Of a DNA stretch of 64,000 nt, positions 46,051-55,158 are shown one piece after another. The DNA is from Bryobacterales bacterium (lineage in GTDB: Bacteria; Acidobacteriota; Terriglobia; Bryobacterales; UBA6623), in the NCBI GenBank assembly GCA_022823865.1, contig JAJEHF010000002.1, positions 34,731-98,730 of the forward strand, given 5' to 3'. Within the stretch, counting starts at the first letter, position 1. Each line of letters opens with the position of its first letter. The position numbers were made by a program, and so were the translations under genes. Under the pieces are notes generated by a model, which saw nothing but the letters and a program-made list of their open reading frames with translations, was not told where the DNA came from and did no database searches.

Positions 46051-46718
46051 ACCTCACCATCAGCGAAGTGTTCCTTCTTCCAGACCGGCACCTTGCTCTT
46101 GACTTCGTTGATCGCGGACAAGCTGGCCTCGTACGCCGGCTTGCGGTGCGCCGAAGCGACCACGATCGAGACACTGGCCTCGCGCACCTCGAGCCGGCCC
46201 ACCCGATGCACCAACGCAATAGCATGCACGTCCGAGCGGTCCACGATGTCGCGTCCTATCTCCTCGAGCTGGCGCAGGGCCAACGGCACGTAGCACTCGT
46301 AGTCGAGGTACACCGTCCGCCGGCCTCGGGTGTTGTCCCGCACGACGCCTTCGAACACCAACACTGCGCCATCGCCGTCACCCTGCACCCGCCTAGCCAG
46401 CGCGGCGCTGTCGATTGGCGCTCGCGTAATCGCGGCGAACACGCCGTCGCGTTCGGCGCTCGCAATCCACTCAGAACCGCCGCTCACCGGCGGCATGATC
46501 GCGACCTCGTCACCATCTTCGACGGCTTCACTGGCCGGAGCGAACCGCTGGTTGCGCGCCATCGCCACGCTGCCGGCCATTTCCCCGAGCCTGGGGTGTT
46601 GAGACGCATAGTGCTGGAATACCGTTTCGAGGCATGCGCCGCACTCAAACTCGGCCTCGTCCGACGAGCAGCCAACTAAGTCTTTGAGTTGGCCGAAGAA
46701 GAGCACGCGGACTTTCAT
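45990..46718 (-). CDS. fused molybdopterin synthase MoaD-MoaE (MoaX-like)
   Basis: ATG 46718 inside ORF 45990..46745. Residues 1-81 form a MoaD/ThiS fold ending ...IMPPVSGG. The frame continues directly into MoaE (VFEGVVRDNTRGR ... SAHRKPAYEA...PVWKKE). Confidence 0.85.
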   Translation of the reverse strand: MKVRVLFFGQLKDLVGCSSDEAEFECGACLETVFQHYASQHPRLGEMAGSVAMARNQRFAPASEAVEDGDEVAIMPPVSGGSEWIASAERDGVFAAITRAPIDSAALARRVQGDGDGAVLVFEGVVRDNTRGRRTVYLDYECYVPLALRQLEEIGRDIVDRSDVHAIALVHRVGRLEVREASVSIVVASAHRKPAYEASLSAINEVKSKVPVWKKEHFADGEVWVEGQWDASVARYSAAGTG

Positions 46719-47299
46719 GCCACTCTCCATTCTTGCAAGACCCACGCCCTTCCGCAGACACCGCTAGCAAGGACGGGCCGCATTGGATGTTTGGGACCGA
46801 TAGCGTGCAGGCGCAGATCCGAGGTTCGGGAGTCGTGTGCAAGGACGGCGATTGCCCGAGCCGCCAAGGTGAGCGAGATCACTGTGACCGCGCATGAGAA
46901 CTCGTGCGGTGGGATGAGAACAGCACTGTTTGGGAGCAGGCACACCGCCAGCCATGGCGGCCCGTGTGCCGAGCGCCCGCGTCTTGGCGGACAGTCTAGA
47001 TCGAGGCGTCTGGCGCAAGACACGCACTCCAAGAGGCAGTGGTAGGGGTGGGAAACGAGTGAGAAGACAGACAGGTGTCTGGGGCGGAAACGCTTCTCTT
47101 GGCAAACCTGGAAATCGGCGGGCGGCTGACCCTCATTGCCCTTCATCTGTACAGTGCCACCATCTGGCAAGACGTGCCCCAGGCACACGGGCTCGATATG
47201 TCAGAGGGAGAGTGAGGGCAGATGCTGAGCACAGACCGTTCCAAGCCGCCGCCCGCCTACACGGTCGACGCGGGAACAGGATGAAGGACGCGCACGCCT

Positions 47300-47560
47300 T
47301 CACGGTAGAGGTTCGATTCGGCTGACGGGCTTGAGTTCACTAGCCTTTGTCCAAGCCGCTCGAAGTTCACCTTGGTGAAGACTCGCCCACTCCCTGACAA
47401 GGTTCAATGCTCGTTGGGGAAGCCCGCCTGCGATGGTCGCAAGTGTATCGATACCTATGACAGCCTCGTGGCCGGAATACTCCGCGTGAAAATGAGGCGG
47501 TGAGTGGTCGGCAAAGTACATCTTGATGACGATCCCGTAAAATCGACTCAGCTCAGGCAT
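47300..47560 (-). CDS. DUF4160 domain protein
   Basis: MPELSRFYGIVIKMYFADHSPPHFHAEY is the hallmark DUF4160 N-terminus. Confidence 0.82.
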   Translation of the reverse strand: MPELSRFYGIVIKMYFADHSPPHFHAEYSGHEAVIGIDTLATIAGGLPQRALNLVREWASLHQGELRAAWTKASELKPVSRIEPLP

Positions 47561-47837
47561 CAGCAGGCGCGGGCATCAAGCCGGGGAAGATCTCTTCCGC
47601 TTGCCTGCCGGTCAATCGGATATAGAGGGCGTCAGGGCACAGGTCGATTTCACCCGGCCAAACGATTGCACCGCTCTCGTTGATTGTGACAGAGCGAAAG
47701 ATATTCTCTTCGGACCAGGCCTCAAAGACGCCTCGGCCGGCCAAATCGCTCAGATCCACAATGCCTTCGATGCCATCTTCGTATTTCAACCAGAGGCGGA
47801 AACCGTCCAAGGGACTTGCTTGAACTGCTTTCTTCAA
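47553..47837 (-). CDS. DUF2442 domain protein
   Basis: 94 aa. ...LWLKYEDGIEGIVDLS...SGAIVWPGEIDLCPDALY is the typical DUF2442 pattern. It overlaps the DUF4160 gene by 8 nt. Confidence 0.8.
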   Translation of the reverse strand: MKKAVQASPLDGFRLWLKYEDGIEGIVDLSDLAGRGVFEAWSEENIFRSVTINESGAIVWPGEIDLCPDALYIRLTGRQAEEIFPGLMPAPADA

Positions 47838-47919
47838 TGGAAACCTCTACTTCAGATTCTAACGTGTGGTCGGCTCTCGGGTTGTTCCCATAGCACCGGA
47901 AAACCCTCAACGCTGACTG

Positions 47920-49110
47920 TTAGAAGTCCTCCCCGGCCGGATCCCAAGCCTCGAGGTACTTCAATCCCGTGCCGGTGTTGTAGATGGCGAGTTCGTCGTC
48001 CTGGGCCAAGAAGCCCTCGCGCAACAGATGCTGGGCGGCCGCCACGCACGCCGCGCCTTCGGGAGCACCGAAGATGCCTTCCGTCTGCGCCAGCATCCGG
48101 CCAGCATCCAACATGTCTTGATCCGAAACCGCCACTGCAGTGCCGCCACTCTCGCGGACGGCGTTGAGCACTAGGAAGTCGCCAATTGCCTTTGGGACGC
48201 GCAGTCCGCTGGCCACGGTGGCGGCGTTCTCCCAATAGCGTGACTCGTTCGCGCCAGCGTCCCAGGCGCGGACGATGGGAGCGCAGCCTGCCGCCTGCAC
48301 GGAGATCATCTTGGGGCGCTTTGAACCGATCCAGCCCAAGCTCTCGAGCTCGGAAAAGGCCTTCCACATGCCAATCAGGCCCACTCCCCCGCCCGTGGGA
48401 TAGAACACCGCGTCCGGCAATCGCCAGCCGAGCTGCTCGGCCAGTTCAAGCCCCATGGTCTTCTTGCCCTCGATGCGATACGGCTCCTTGAGCGTGGACA
48501 CGTCGAACCAACCCTCGCTGGGACCGCGTTCGGCGACGATCCGGCCGCAGTCGCTGATCAGACCGTCGACCAGAGTGACGTTGGCACCCATCGACTGGCA
48601 CTCGACCACGTTGGCCCGCGGGACGTCGCGCGGCATGAACAGGTTCGCTTCCAGTCCAGCCCGGGCGGCATAGGCCGCCAGAGCGCTGGCCGCATTGCCG
48701 GCCGAAGGCGCGCCGAACTTCTTCACGCCCAGTTCGTTGGCCATCGACACGGCGGCCGCCATGCCGCGGGCCTTGAAGGTTCCGGTCGGATTCGCGCTCT
48801 CGTCCTTGATCAACGCACGCCGGCAGCCCAGCCGCTGAGCTAGGCGCGGCGTGTCCAGCAGCGGCGTCATGCCCTCGCCGAGGGTCACCAGATGCGCCAT
48901 GTCCCGAAGCGGCAGCAGCGGCGCATAGCGCCACAGCGAGCTTGGCCCGAGCGCGATGCGGTCGCGATCCAGTTCGCGCCTAGCCCGCTCCAAGTCGTAG
49001 CGCACCAGCAGGGGCGCCCCGGTGGGGGAGAGGTTGGCGAGCCTTCCTGCGGGCAATCGCTCGCCGGTCCTGCTGCACTCTAGATGGGATACGTACGTCC
49101 TATGATGCAA
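47920..49110 (-). CDS. thrC: threonine synthase
   Basis: YVSHLECSRTGERL N-terminus, PLP lysine context NPTGTFKARG, PALP fold. The start is TTG. Confidence 0.9.
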   Translation of the reverse strand: MHHRTYVSHLECSRTGERLPAGRLANLSPTGAPLLVRYDLERARRELDRDRIALGPSSLWRYAPLLPLRDMAHLVTLGEGMTPLLDTPRLAQRLGCRRALIKDESANPTGTFKARGMAAAVSMANELGVKKFGAPSAGNAASALAAYAARAGLEANLFMPRDVPRANVVECQSMGANVTLVDGLISDCGRIVAERGPSEGWFDVSTLKEPYRIEGKKTMGLELAEQLGWRLPDAVFYPTGGGVGLIGMWKAFSELESLGWIGSKRPKMISVQAAGCAPIVRAWDAGANESRYWENAATVASGLRVPKAIGDFLVLNAVRESGGTAVAVSDQDMLDAGRMLAQTEGIFGAPEGAACVAAAQHLLREGFLAQDDELAIYNTGTGLKYLEAWDPAGEDF

Positions 49111-49120
49111 GTACGCAAGT

Positions 49121-49843
49121 ATGCAACAGCGTCTCGCATGGCGTCTACTGACCTCGCTGTTGATCGCGTCGGCAGTCTGCGCGGCAGATACCGTCGTGTT
49201 GCGCAGCGGCTATCGCTTGCCGGTGCAGGGATATGACGCGAGCGACGGAAAGATCCGCCTGCTCATGCCCAATGGCGGCTGGATCGCGGTGCTGGAGGCG
49301 GACGTGGATCGAATCGAGCCCGACGCTCCGGAGCCCAGCGCGAAACCGCCCGTCGCACGCGGTGACTCCGCATCGGATGAGAGTGATGCATTGGAGAGCG
49401 CCATCGCGCGGTTCTCGGCCGAGGCCGGGCTGCCCCCGGGCCTAGTCCGGGCCGTCGTGTGGGCGGAATCGGACTTCCGGCAAGGAGCCGTCTCCCCCAA
49501 GGGCGCAATCGGACTCATGCAGCTGATGCCCGAGACGGCTGCCGAGCTGGGCGTCAACCCGCGAGACTCGGAACAGAACCTGCAAGGCGGCACGACATAC
49601 TTGCGCCAAATGCTCGACCGCTTCGAGGGCGATCCAGAGCAACTCCTGAAGGCACTGGCAGCATACAATGCCGGCCCCGGACAGGTCGCCCGTCACGGCG
49701 GGATCCCTCCGTTTCCGGAAACGGCCGCGTACGTCCGGCGCGTTGTACGCCGCTATCTGGCCGACGGCAAGAATCCGCTTGGCCCCAATGCCGGGGAAGC
49801 CCTGCCCGCGAACGGAGATCCCGGGCCGCCGCCAGAAGACTGA
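49121..49843 (+). CDS. lytic transglycosylase (SLT domain), secreted
   Basis: Signal MQQRLAWRLLTSLLIASAVCA. Catalytic AESDF, GLMQLMP, and AYNAGPG. Confidence 0.88.
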   Translation: MQQRLAWRLLTSLLIASAVCAADTVVLRSGYRLPVQGYDASDGKIRLLMPNGGWIAVLEADVDRIEPDAPEPSAKPPVARGDSASDESDALESAIARFSAEAGLPPGLVRAVVWAESDFRQGAVSPKGAIGLMQLMPETAAELGVNPRDSEQNLQGGTTYLRQMLDRFEGDPEQLLKALAAYNAGPGQVARHGGIPPFPETAAYVRRVVRRYLADGKNPLGPNAGEALPANGDPGPPPED

Positions 49844-49928
49844 CGCGCCGCCCCTGACACTTGCGGTCCATCCGAACCTCCCCCAAGCGCCGACCTATAC
49901 TCAATGCTTAGTCTCAGAACTGCCCGCG

Positions 49929-51107
49929 ATGAAGCCACAAACGACTCTTGTCCATGCCGGCGAACGGCGACCGCTCGGTAACTACATTCCCGTCTCGACC
50001 CCCATCTTCGCCTCTTCGAGCTTCTTCTACCCAACCACGGAGGAATTGGCGGACGTCTTTGCGGAGCGGCTGCCGGGTGAAACCTATGCCCGCATGGGCA
50101 ACCCGACGAGCAGCGCCTTGGAAGAGCAGGTCGCGGCCGTCGAGGGCGGGCACGCGGCCATCGCTACCGCTTCCGGCATGGCGGCAGTGCATCTAGCCCT
50201 TCTGGCCGGACTGCTGGATCGCCGCCAGGCCATCGTCGCGGCCGACGTGCTCTACGGCGGCACGCTCGAACTGCTGCGTACCGTGCTGCCATCCGAAGGT
50301 GTCGAAGTCCGCTTCTGTGACTTTTGCGACCTAGAAGCAGTCGAAGCGGCTGTGCGAGAAGTGCGCCCGGCGCTGCTGCTGACCGAGACGATTTCTAATC
50401 CCGCCCTACGGGTCGCGCGGCTGGACCGCCTCAGGGAAATCGCCAGCGAATACGGTGCCCTTTTCTTGGTGGACAACACCTTCACGCCGCTGCTGATCAA
50501 GCCGTTTGACCATGGAGCGGACATGGTTATCCACAGTGCAACGAAGTACTTGGGGGGGCACGGGGACGTACTGGCCGGAGCTGTGGTTGTCCCGGAAGAG
50601 CATGCCGAGGCGCTGCGGCAGACCCATCGCTGCCTGGGCGGAAACCTCGGGCCGTTCGAAGCCTACTTGGTCATGCGCGGGATCAAGACGCTGCCCTTGC
50701 GCATGCGGCACCACTGCGCCAACGCCCGCATGGTTTTCGAAGGGCTGCGGGGACATCCCAAGATCGAGCGGCTCATCTTCCCGGGCGACCCGCAACACCC
50801 TGATGCCAAGGCGGTGCACCAGCTGATGCCCGCGGGCGAGGCAGGCGGCGCGGTCGGCATCGACGTGAAGGGTGGGAGCGAGGGTGCCTGCGCGTTCTTG
50901 GACTCGCTGCGGCTAGCCGCCACCTCGGCCAGCATCGGCGACCTGACGACACTGGGGCTCCACCCGTCGAGCGCGACGCACCGCATGCTCACGCCGGAAG
51001 CGCGGATGGCCTTGGGCATCACCGATGGCTTGGTGCGCCTTTCCGTGGGCGCCGAGCATATCGACGACATCATGGCCGACATCCTCCAAGCATTGGAGCA
51101 AGCATGA
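49929..51107 (+). CDS. Cys/Met-metabolism PLP enzyme (CGS / CBL / MGL / OAH-sulfhydrylase family)
   Basis: ATG 49929 inside ORF 49668..51107. YARMGNPT, DNTF, and the PLP lysine in SATKYLGGH. Confidence 0.88.
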   Translation: MKPQTTLVHAGERRPLGNYIPVSTPIFASSSFFYPTTEELADVFAERLPGETYARMGNPTSSALEEQVAAVEGGHAAIATASGMAAVHLALLAGLLDRRQAIVAADVLYGGTLELLRTVLPSEGVEVRFCDFCDLEAVEAAVREVRPALLLTETISNPALRVARLDRLREIASEYGALFLVDNTFTPLLIKPFDHGADMVIHSATKYLGGHGDVLAGAVVVPEEHAEALRQTHRCLGGNLGPFEAYLVMRGIKTLPLRMRHHCANARMVFEGLRGHPKIERLIFPGDPQHPDAKAVHQLMPAGEAGGAVGIDVKGGSEGACAFLDSLRLAATSASIGDLTTLGLHPSSATHRMLTPEARMALGITDGLVRLSVGAEHIDDIMADILQALEQA

Positions 51108-52309
51108 AGCAGCAGACTCTCGCCATTCACGCCTGCGCAAGGACCGCGGGCGAAAACGAGCGCTTCGTGGCCTCGGCGCCCCCGCTTGAAACCGCCGCCA
51201 GCTTCCACTACAAGAGCGCCGCCGACATGACGGCGGTCGCGAACGGCGAAATCGACGGGTTCGTGTACCAGCGCTACGGCAATCCATCCGCGGACGCCCT
51301 ACAGCGCCAGATCGCCGCCCTCGATAGCGCCGCCAGCGCCTTGGCGTGCAGTTCTGGCATGGCCGCGATGCACATCGGGCTGCTCACCGCCCTGCGCGAC
51401 CGGCCGAAGACGATTCTCGCGGCCAACGTGCTGTTCGGCCAGACCTTCCAGCTGCTGCAGCTGATGGAGCAGCAGGGTTTCGTGGCGCGCTTTGCCAACC
51501 CGTGCGACTTGGCCCAGTTCGAGGCCGCACTGGACCAAACCGAGACAGGCTGCATCCTAATCGAGACCGTTTCCAACCCGCTCCTGCGCGTGCCTCAGAT
51601 CGACTCGATTGCCAAGATCGCCGCCCGGCGCGGAGTGCCGCTAGTCGTGGATGCGACCTTTGCCCCGCCCGTGATGAGCCGTCCCCTCGAGTCCGGCGCA
51701 ACAGTGGTCGTTCACAGCGTGACCAAGTACTTGGCCGGTCACGCCGACGTCCTAGGCGGCATCGTGGCTTGCGGCGAAGCGGACGCCGAATACATGCAGG
51801 AACTCGGCCGCCACTTCGGGGCGAACCTCGGACCGTTTCAGTGTTTCTTGGCCGCTCGTGGGATCAAGACGCTGCCAATGCGCATGGAGGAGCACTGCCG
51901 CAATGCCCTGCTCGTCGCCCGGGCGCTGGAGCGGCACCCGCGCGTGGGCACTGTCCACTATCCCGGCCTTGCCAGCCACCCGGATCGGGCCGTGGCGGAG
52001 CGCCAGTTCGATCAGGACACGCAGGGGGCAACGATGTCAGGCGGCATCGTCAGCTTCGAAGTGCTGGACGCAGATCAGGTGAAGACGTTCCGCTTCATGA
52101 ACGCCTTGCGGCTCGTGGTCCGCACGCTGAGCCTGGGAGACGTGCACTCGCTGATCACGCACCCAGCCACGACCACCCACCGAAACATCGGAGAGAAACG
52201 CCGCCAGAGGCTGGGCATTACTGACAACATGGTGCGGTTCTCGGTCGGAATCGAGGATCCCGACGACATAGTGGCCGACGTGGCGCAGGCGCTGGAATCC
52301 GTCGACTAG
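51104..52309 (+). CDS. Cys/Met-metabolism PLP enzyme, second paralogue
   Basis: ATGA overlap with the upstream paralogue. YQRYGNPS, DATF, and SVTKYLAGH. Confidence 0.88.
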   Translation: MKQQTLAIHACARTAGENERFVASAPPLETAASFHYKSAADMTAVANGEIDGFVYQRYGNPSADALQRQIAALDSAASALACSSGMAAMHIGLLTALRDRPKTILAANVLFGQTFQLLQLMEQQGFVARFANPCDLAQFEAALDQTETGCILIETVSNPLLRVPQIDSIAKIAARRGVPLVVDATFAPPVMSRPLESGATVVVHSVTKYLAGHADVLGGIVACGEADAEYMQELGRHFGANLGPFQCFLAARGIKTLPMRMEEHCRNALLVARALERHPRVGTVHYPGLASHPDRAVAERQFDQDTQGATMSGGIVSFEVLDADQVKTFRFMNALRLVVRTLSLGDVHSLITHPATTTHRNIGEKRRQRLGITDNMVRFSVGIEDPDDIVADVAQALESVD

Positions 52310-52595
52310 TCGGCGGCAAAGCCGGCACATCGATCAGTAGTCATACCTTCTGGAGACCACCCAATCCCAAGTGAATCGATCCTATGCGGAACCCGCTGCG
52401 TTCGATCCCTACTCGCTCTCGGGCTCGACGCAAACGCCCTGGAAGGGCTCGCCAGGGGATTGGCGTTCGTTCCGCTCAGGCCACTCTGGGGCACATTGGG
52501 CCGAGCCGCATGGGCTCTCGGGAACTTGAAGTCCCAAAGCGGGGTCTAATATCATCGCTCGACTCACTCGGCGGGGCGATGAAGGTAGCGTCAAC

Positions 52596-53639
52596 GTGTC
52601 AATCAAGTTGATATCCTCCGCCGTAGTATTCCTAGTCGGAACGGGGCTCCATTTATCGGTTTTCGCACAGGATCTGCGCCGCGAAGCTTTTGCAGGTCGC
52701 AACATCACGGAGGACGAGGCTGCAGTTCTCGAATCGCAGCTTGGGGAGAGCCCTGAAGATCTGTCCGCGCGTGCTCGGTTGGTCGGGTACTACCACGGCC
52801 AGCAGTTCCTGAACGACGCGGCTCGGGCCAAGCACGTAGCGCATGTCCTGTGGTTGATTAGGCACGCGCCGGAAGCGAACCTGCTGGCTAGCCCCGAGGT
52901 TCTCATCCTTGAAGCCCTTGCGGCTGATGGCCACGCGAAAGGAAAGGACGCTTGGTCTTCACATCTCGAGAACGATCCGGACAACCTCAGGATCCTGAAG
53001 CACGCGGCACACTTCTTTCGACTCGATGACCGGAAACTCGCAATCCAGCTCCTCACACACGCCCAGTCCCTTGATCGAGAGGACCCGGACTGGGCCAAGG
53101 AGCTGGGGCAGCTGCACCACTTGGACAGCAGGCTCCGTGGTGGCGCGTGGGATCCCGAGACTGCCGAGCGAGCGCTTGCACAATTCGAACTCGCCTACGA
53201 ACTGTCAGACGAGTTGCGACGCGGGTACCTGTTGACGGACCTCGGCACTTCGGCGTTTCACGCCGGCAACATGGAGAAAGCCGAGGCATACGCCGAAGAG
53301 ATGCTGGAAGGGAACGTAGAGGACTGGAACCATGGCAACCGGATCCACTACGGCAACCTTATCCTAGGCCGAATCGCGCTCTTGGAGGGGAATATAGAAG
53401 AGGCCAAGTCTCGTCTGGTTGCAGCAGGCGAGACACCGGGCTCGCCTCAGCTGAACTCTTTCGGGCCGGACATGGCGCTGGCATCGGAGTTGCTAAGGCG
53501 GGGCGAAGCCGACATCGTGCTCGAGTACCTCTCGCTGTGCTTGGATTTCTGGGAGTTGGGCTATGGCGACCTCGAAGACTGGATCGCCCAAATCGAGAAT
53601 GGGAATACGCCGAACTTCCGACATAACCTGCGTTTCTGA
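52596..53639 (+). CDS. hypothetical secreted all-helical (TPR-like) protein
   Basis: GTG start. Signal MSIKLISSAVVFLVGTGLHLSVFAQ. The helical-repeat character is visible, but I recognise no family. Confidence 0.6.
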   Translation: MSIKLISSAVVFLVGTGLHLSVFAQDLRREAFAGRNITEDEAAVLESQLGESPEDLSARARLVGYYHGQQFLNDAARAKHVAHVLWLIRHAPEANLLASPEVLILEALAADGHAKGKDAWSSHLENDPDNLRILKHAAHFFRLDDRKLAIQLLTHAQSLDREDPDWAKELGQLHHLDSRLRGGAWDPETAERALAQFELAYELSDELRRGYLLTDLGTSAFHAGNMEKAEAYAEEMLEGNVEDWNHGNRIHYGNLILGRIALLEGNIEEAKSRLVAAGETPGSPQLNSFGPDMALASELLRRGEADIVLEYLSLCLDFWELGYGDLEDWIAQIENGNTPNFRHNLRF

Positions 53640-53904
53640 CCGCTCGGCGGCAACGAAGCAACTGTCCAAGCCGGCCAATTGCTGGGCCTGAGTCAGCGAA
53701 TCGGTGAGTGCCGCACCATTCCTCGGTATCTAGACTCCTTGTCTCGACGCAAGCTTGACGACGGAGGCAAGTTTGATCGTGGGGGAGCGATTCTGTGCCG
53801 GTTTGACGCTCGACCTCAGCCGCCGACGCCGAGGCAACGGGACCTAGTCAGCATGCCCGCGCCGGCTGCCCGCCTAGCGCGATCCCGGCTGCTATCATGC
53901 AGCC

Positions 53905-54723
53905 ATGGCCGCTCCCGGCGCACTCTTGGATGCCCGCACCGACCCGGCTGCGGAACAACCGGTGGAATACCCCTACTCCGACGGCAAGGTCCTGATGGAG
54001 ACGGACCCGCATGCGCGGTCCATCATCGATATGCGCGACCAGCTGGACACGCATTTCAAGGCCCGGCAAGACGCCTATGTGGCCGGCAGCATGGCGCTGT
54101 ACTACCGCCAAGGCGACCCCGCGGCCGTGGTGGCGCCGGACGTGTTCGTGGTGCTGGGCGCTGCGCACAAGCAGGCGCGCAAGTCGTATCTGCTCTGGGA
54201 GGAGGGCGGCGTGGTGCCGAGCTTCGTGGTGGAGGTGGCATCGATGTCCACGAGCCGTCGCGACGCGACCAGCAAGCGCGCGACGTACGAGCGGATGGGG
54301 GTGCACGAATACTGGCGCTTCGACCCGCTGGGCGAGCTGATCGCGGGGCGGCTGGAGGGCTGGCGGCTAGCGGGTGGCCGCTACGAGCGGGTGCGGGCTG
54401 TGCGAGCGGGCGGCTGGCACCGCAGCGAGGCGCTGGGGCTGGAGCTGCGGGCCGAGCGCTGGCTGCTGCGCTTCCATGATCCACGGCTGGGGCGGGACAT
54501 GCTGACGCACGCAGAAGCCGTGCAGGAGCGAGACGAGGCGGTGCGGGAGCGAGACGCAGCAGTACGGCAACGCGACGAGACGATGAGCGAACGCGACGAG
54601 GTGGCGCGCGAGCACGACGGAGCAGTGCGCGAGCGAGACAAAGCGGTGCGGGAGCGCGACGAAGCGAATCAACGGATCCGCGAATTGGAAGCGCGACTGC
54701 GGTTGTCCGACAAGTCCGCCTAG
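53905..54723 (+). CDS. Uma2 (DUF820) family endonuclease-like protein with C-terminal heptad-repeat tail
   Basis: Core pattern ...PDVFVV...PSFVVEVAS...KRATYERMGVHEYWRFDP is typical of Uma2. The tail consists of (V/A)RERD-type heptads. Confidence 0.8.
   Translation: MAAPGALLDARTDPAAEQPVEYPYSDGKVLMETDPHARSIIDMRDQLDTHFKARQDAYVAGSMALYYRQGDPAAVVAPDVFVVLGAAHKQARKSYLLWEEGGVVPSFVVEVASMSTSRRDATSKRATYERMGVHEYWRFDPLGELIAGRLEGWRLAGGRYERVRAVRAGGWHRSEALGLELRAERWLLRFHDPRLGRDMLTHAEAVQERDEAVRERDAAVRQRDETMSERDEVAREHDGAVRERDKAVRERDEANQRIRELEARLRLSDKSA
54520..54666. repeat. seven tandem 21-bp coding repeats
   Basis: Units such as gtgcaggagcgagacgaggcg / gtgcgggagcgagacgcagca ... gtgcgggagcgcgacgaagcg. They encode VxERDxA heptads. 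Confidence 0.9.
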
Positions 54724-55158
54724 GATTCCAGCGTTCGGAGCATTCTCCGGCCAACCGCAAAGACAACACCGCGCAAGACTTGCTGCTCCAAACCACGGAC
54801 ACGCTTCCTATCCAGACCGCGACGGCTTCGTGCGACGCTTCGCAGCAGTGGTTCAGTCTGCGGCGACGGAGGCAGCCAGTCACGAGGTCCCCTCTCGCTC
54901 GGTGCGGCCCACAAACGAGTGACGCTTGGAACCCCGCTCGTTCCCCCTTGTGCGCCCTCGTGGGTCTGAGGCTCAGCCTCCCTAGATCTGTTCGTCCCTA
55001 AGCGAGCGGCAACCCTCCCGGACGAACAGCAATGACCGGAACCGGCCCTCCACGCTCTATGAGTTCCGGCACCGCGACCAAGACGACCGTACCGGCATCG
55101 TCGGCTTAGATTACGCCCACGGGGCCCTTAGGCAGTGAAGCCGACAGTTGAACTCGGC

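Noticed and set aside
47310-47319. GGTTCGATTC, a T-loop-like sequence suggesting a tRNA or tmRNA.
   Set aside because: The flanking bases do not form a T stem or an acceptor stem, and the site lies inside the DUF4160 coding region.
53679-54479. 266-aa plus-strand ORF overlapping the Uma2 gene in another frame.
   Set aside because: The translation is Arg/Gly/Ala low-complexity. The Uma2 frame has clear family motifs and a proper ATG.
54960-55040. Hairpins in the 435-bp gap after the Uma2 gene: CTGAG-g-CTCAG, and GTTCGTCC-(21 nt)-GGACGAAC.
   Set aside because: These are isolated stems with no recognisable RNA-family features or U-tracts, which is too weak to annotate.
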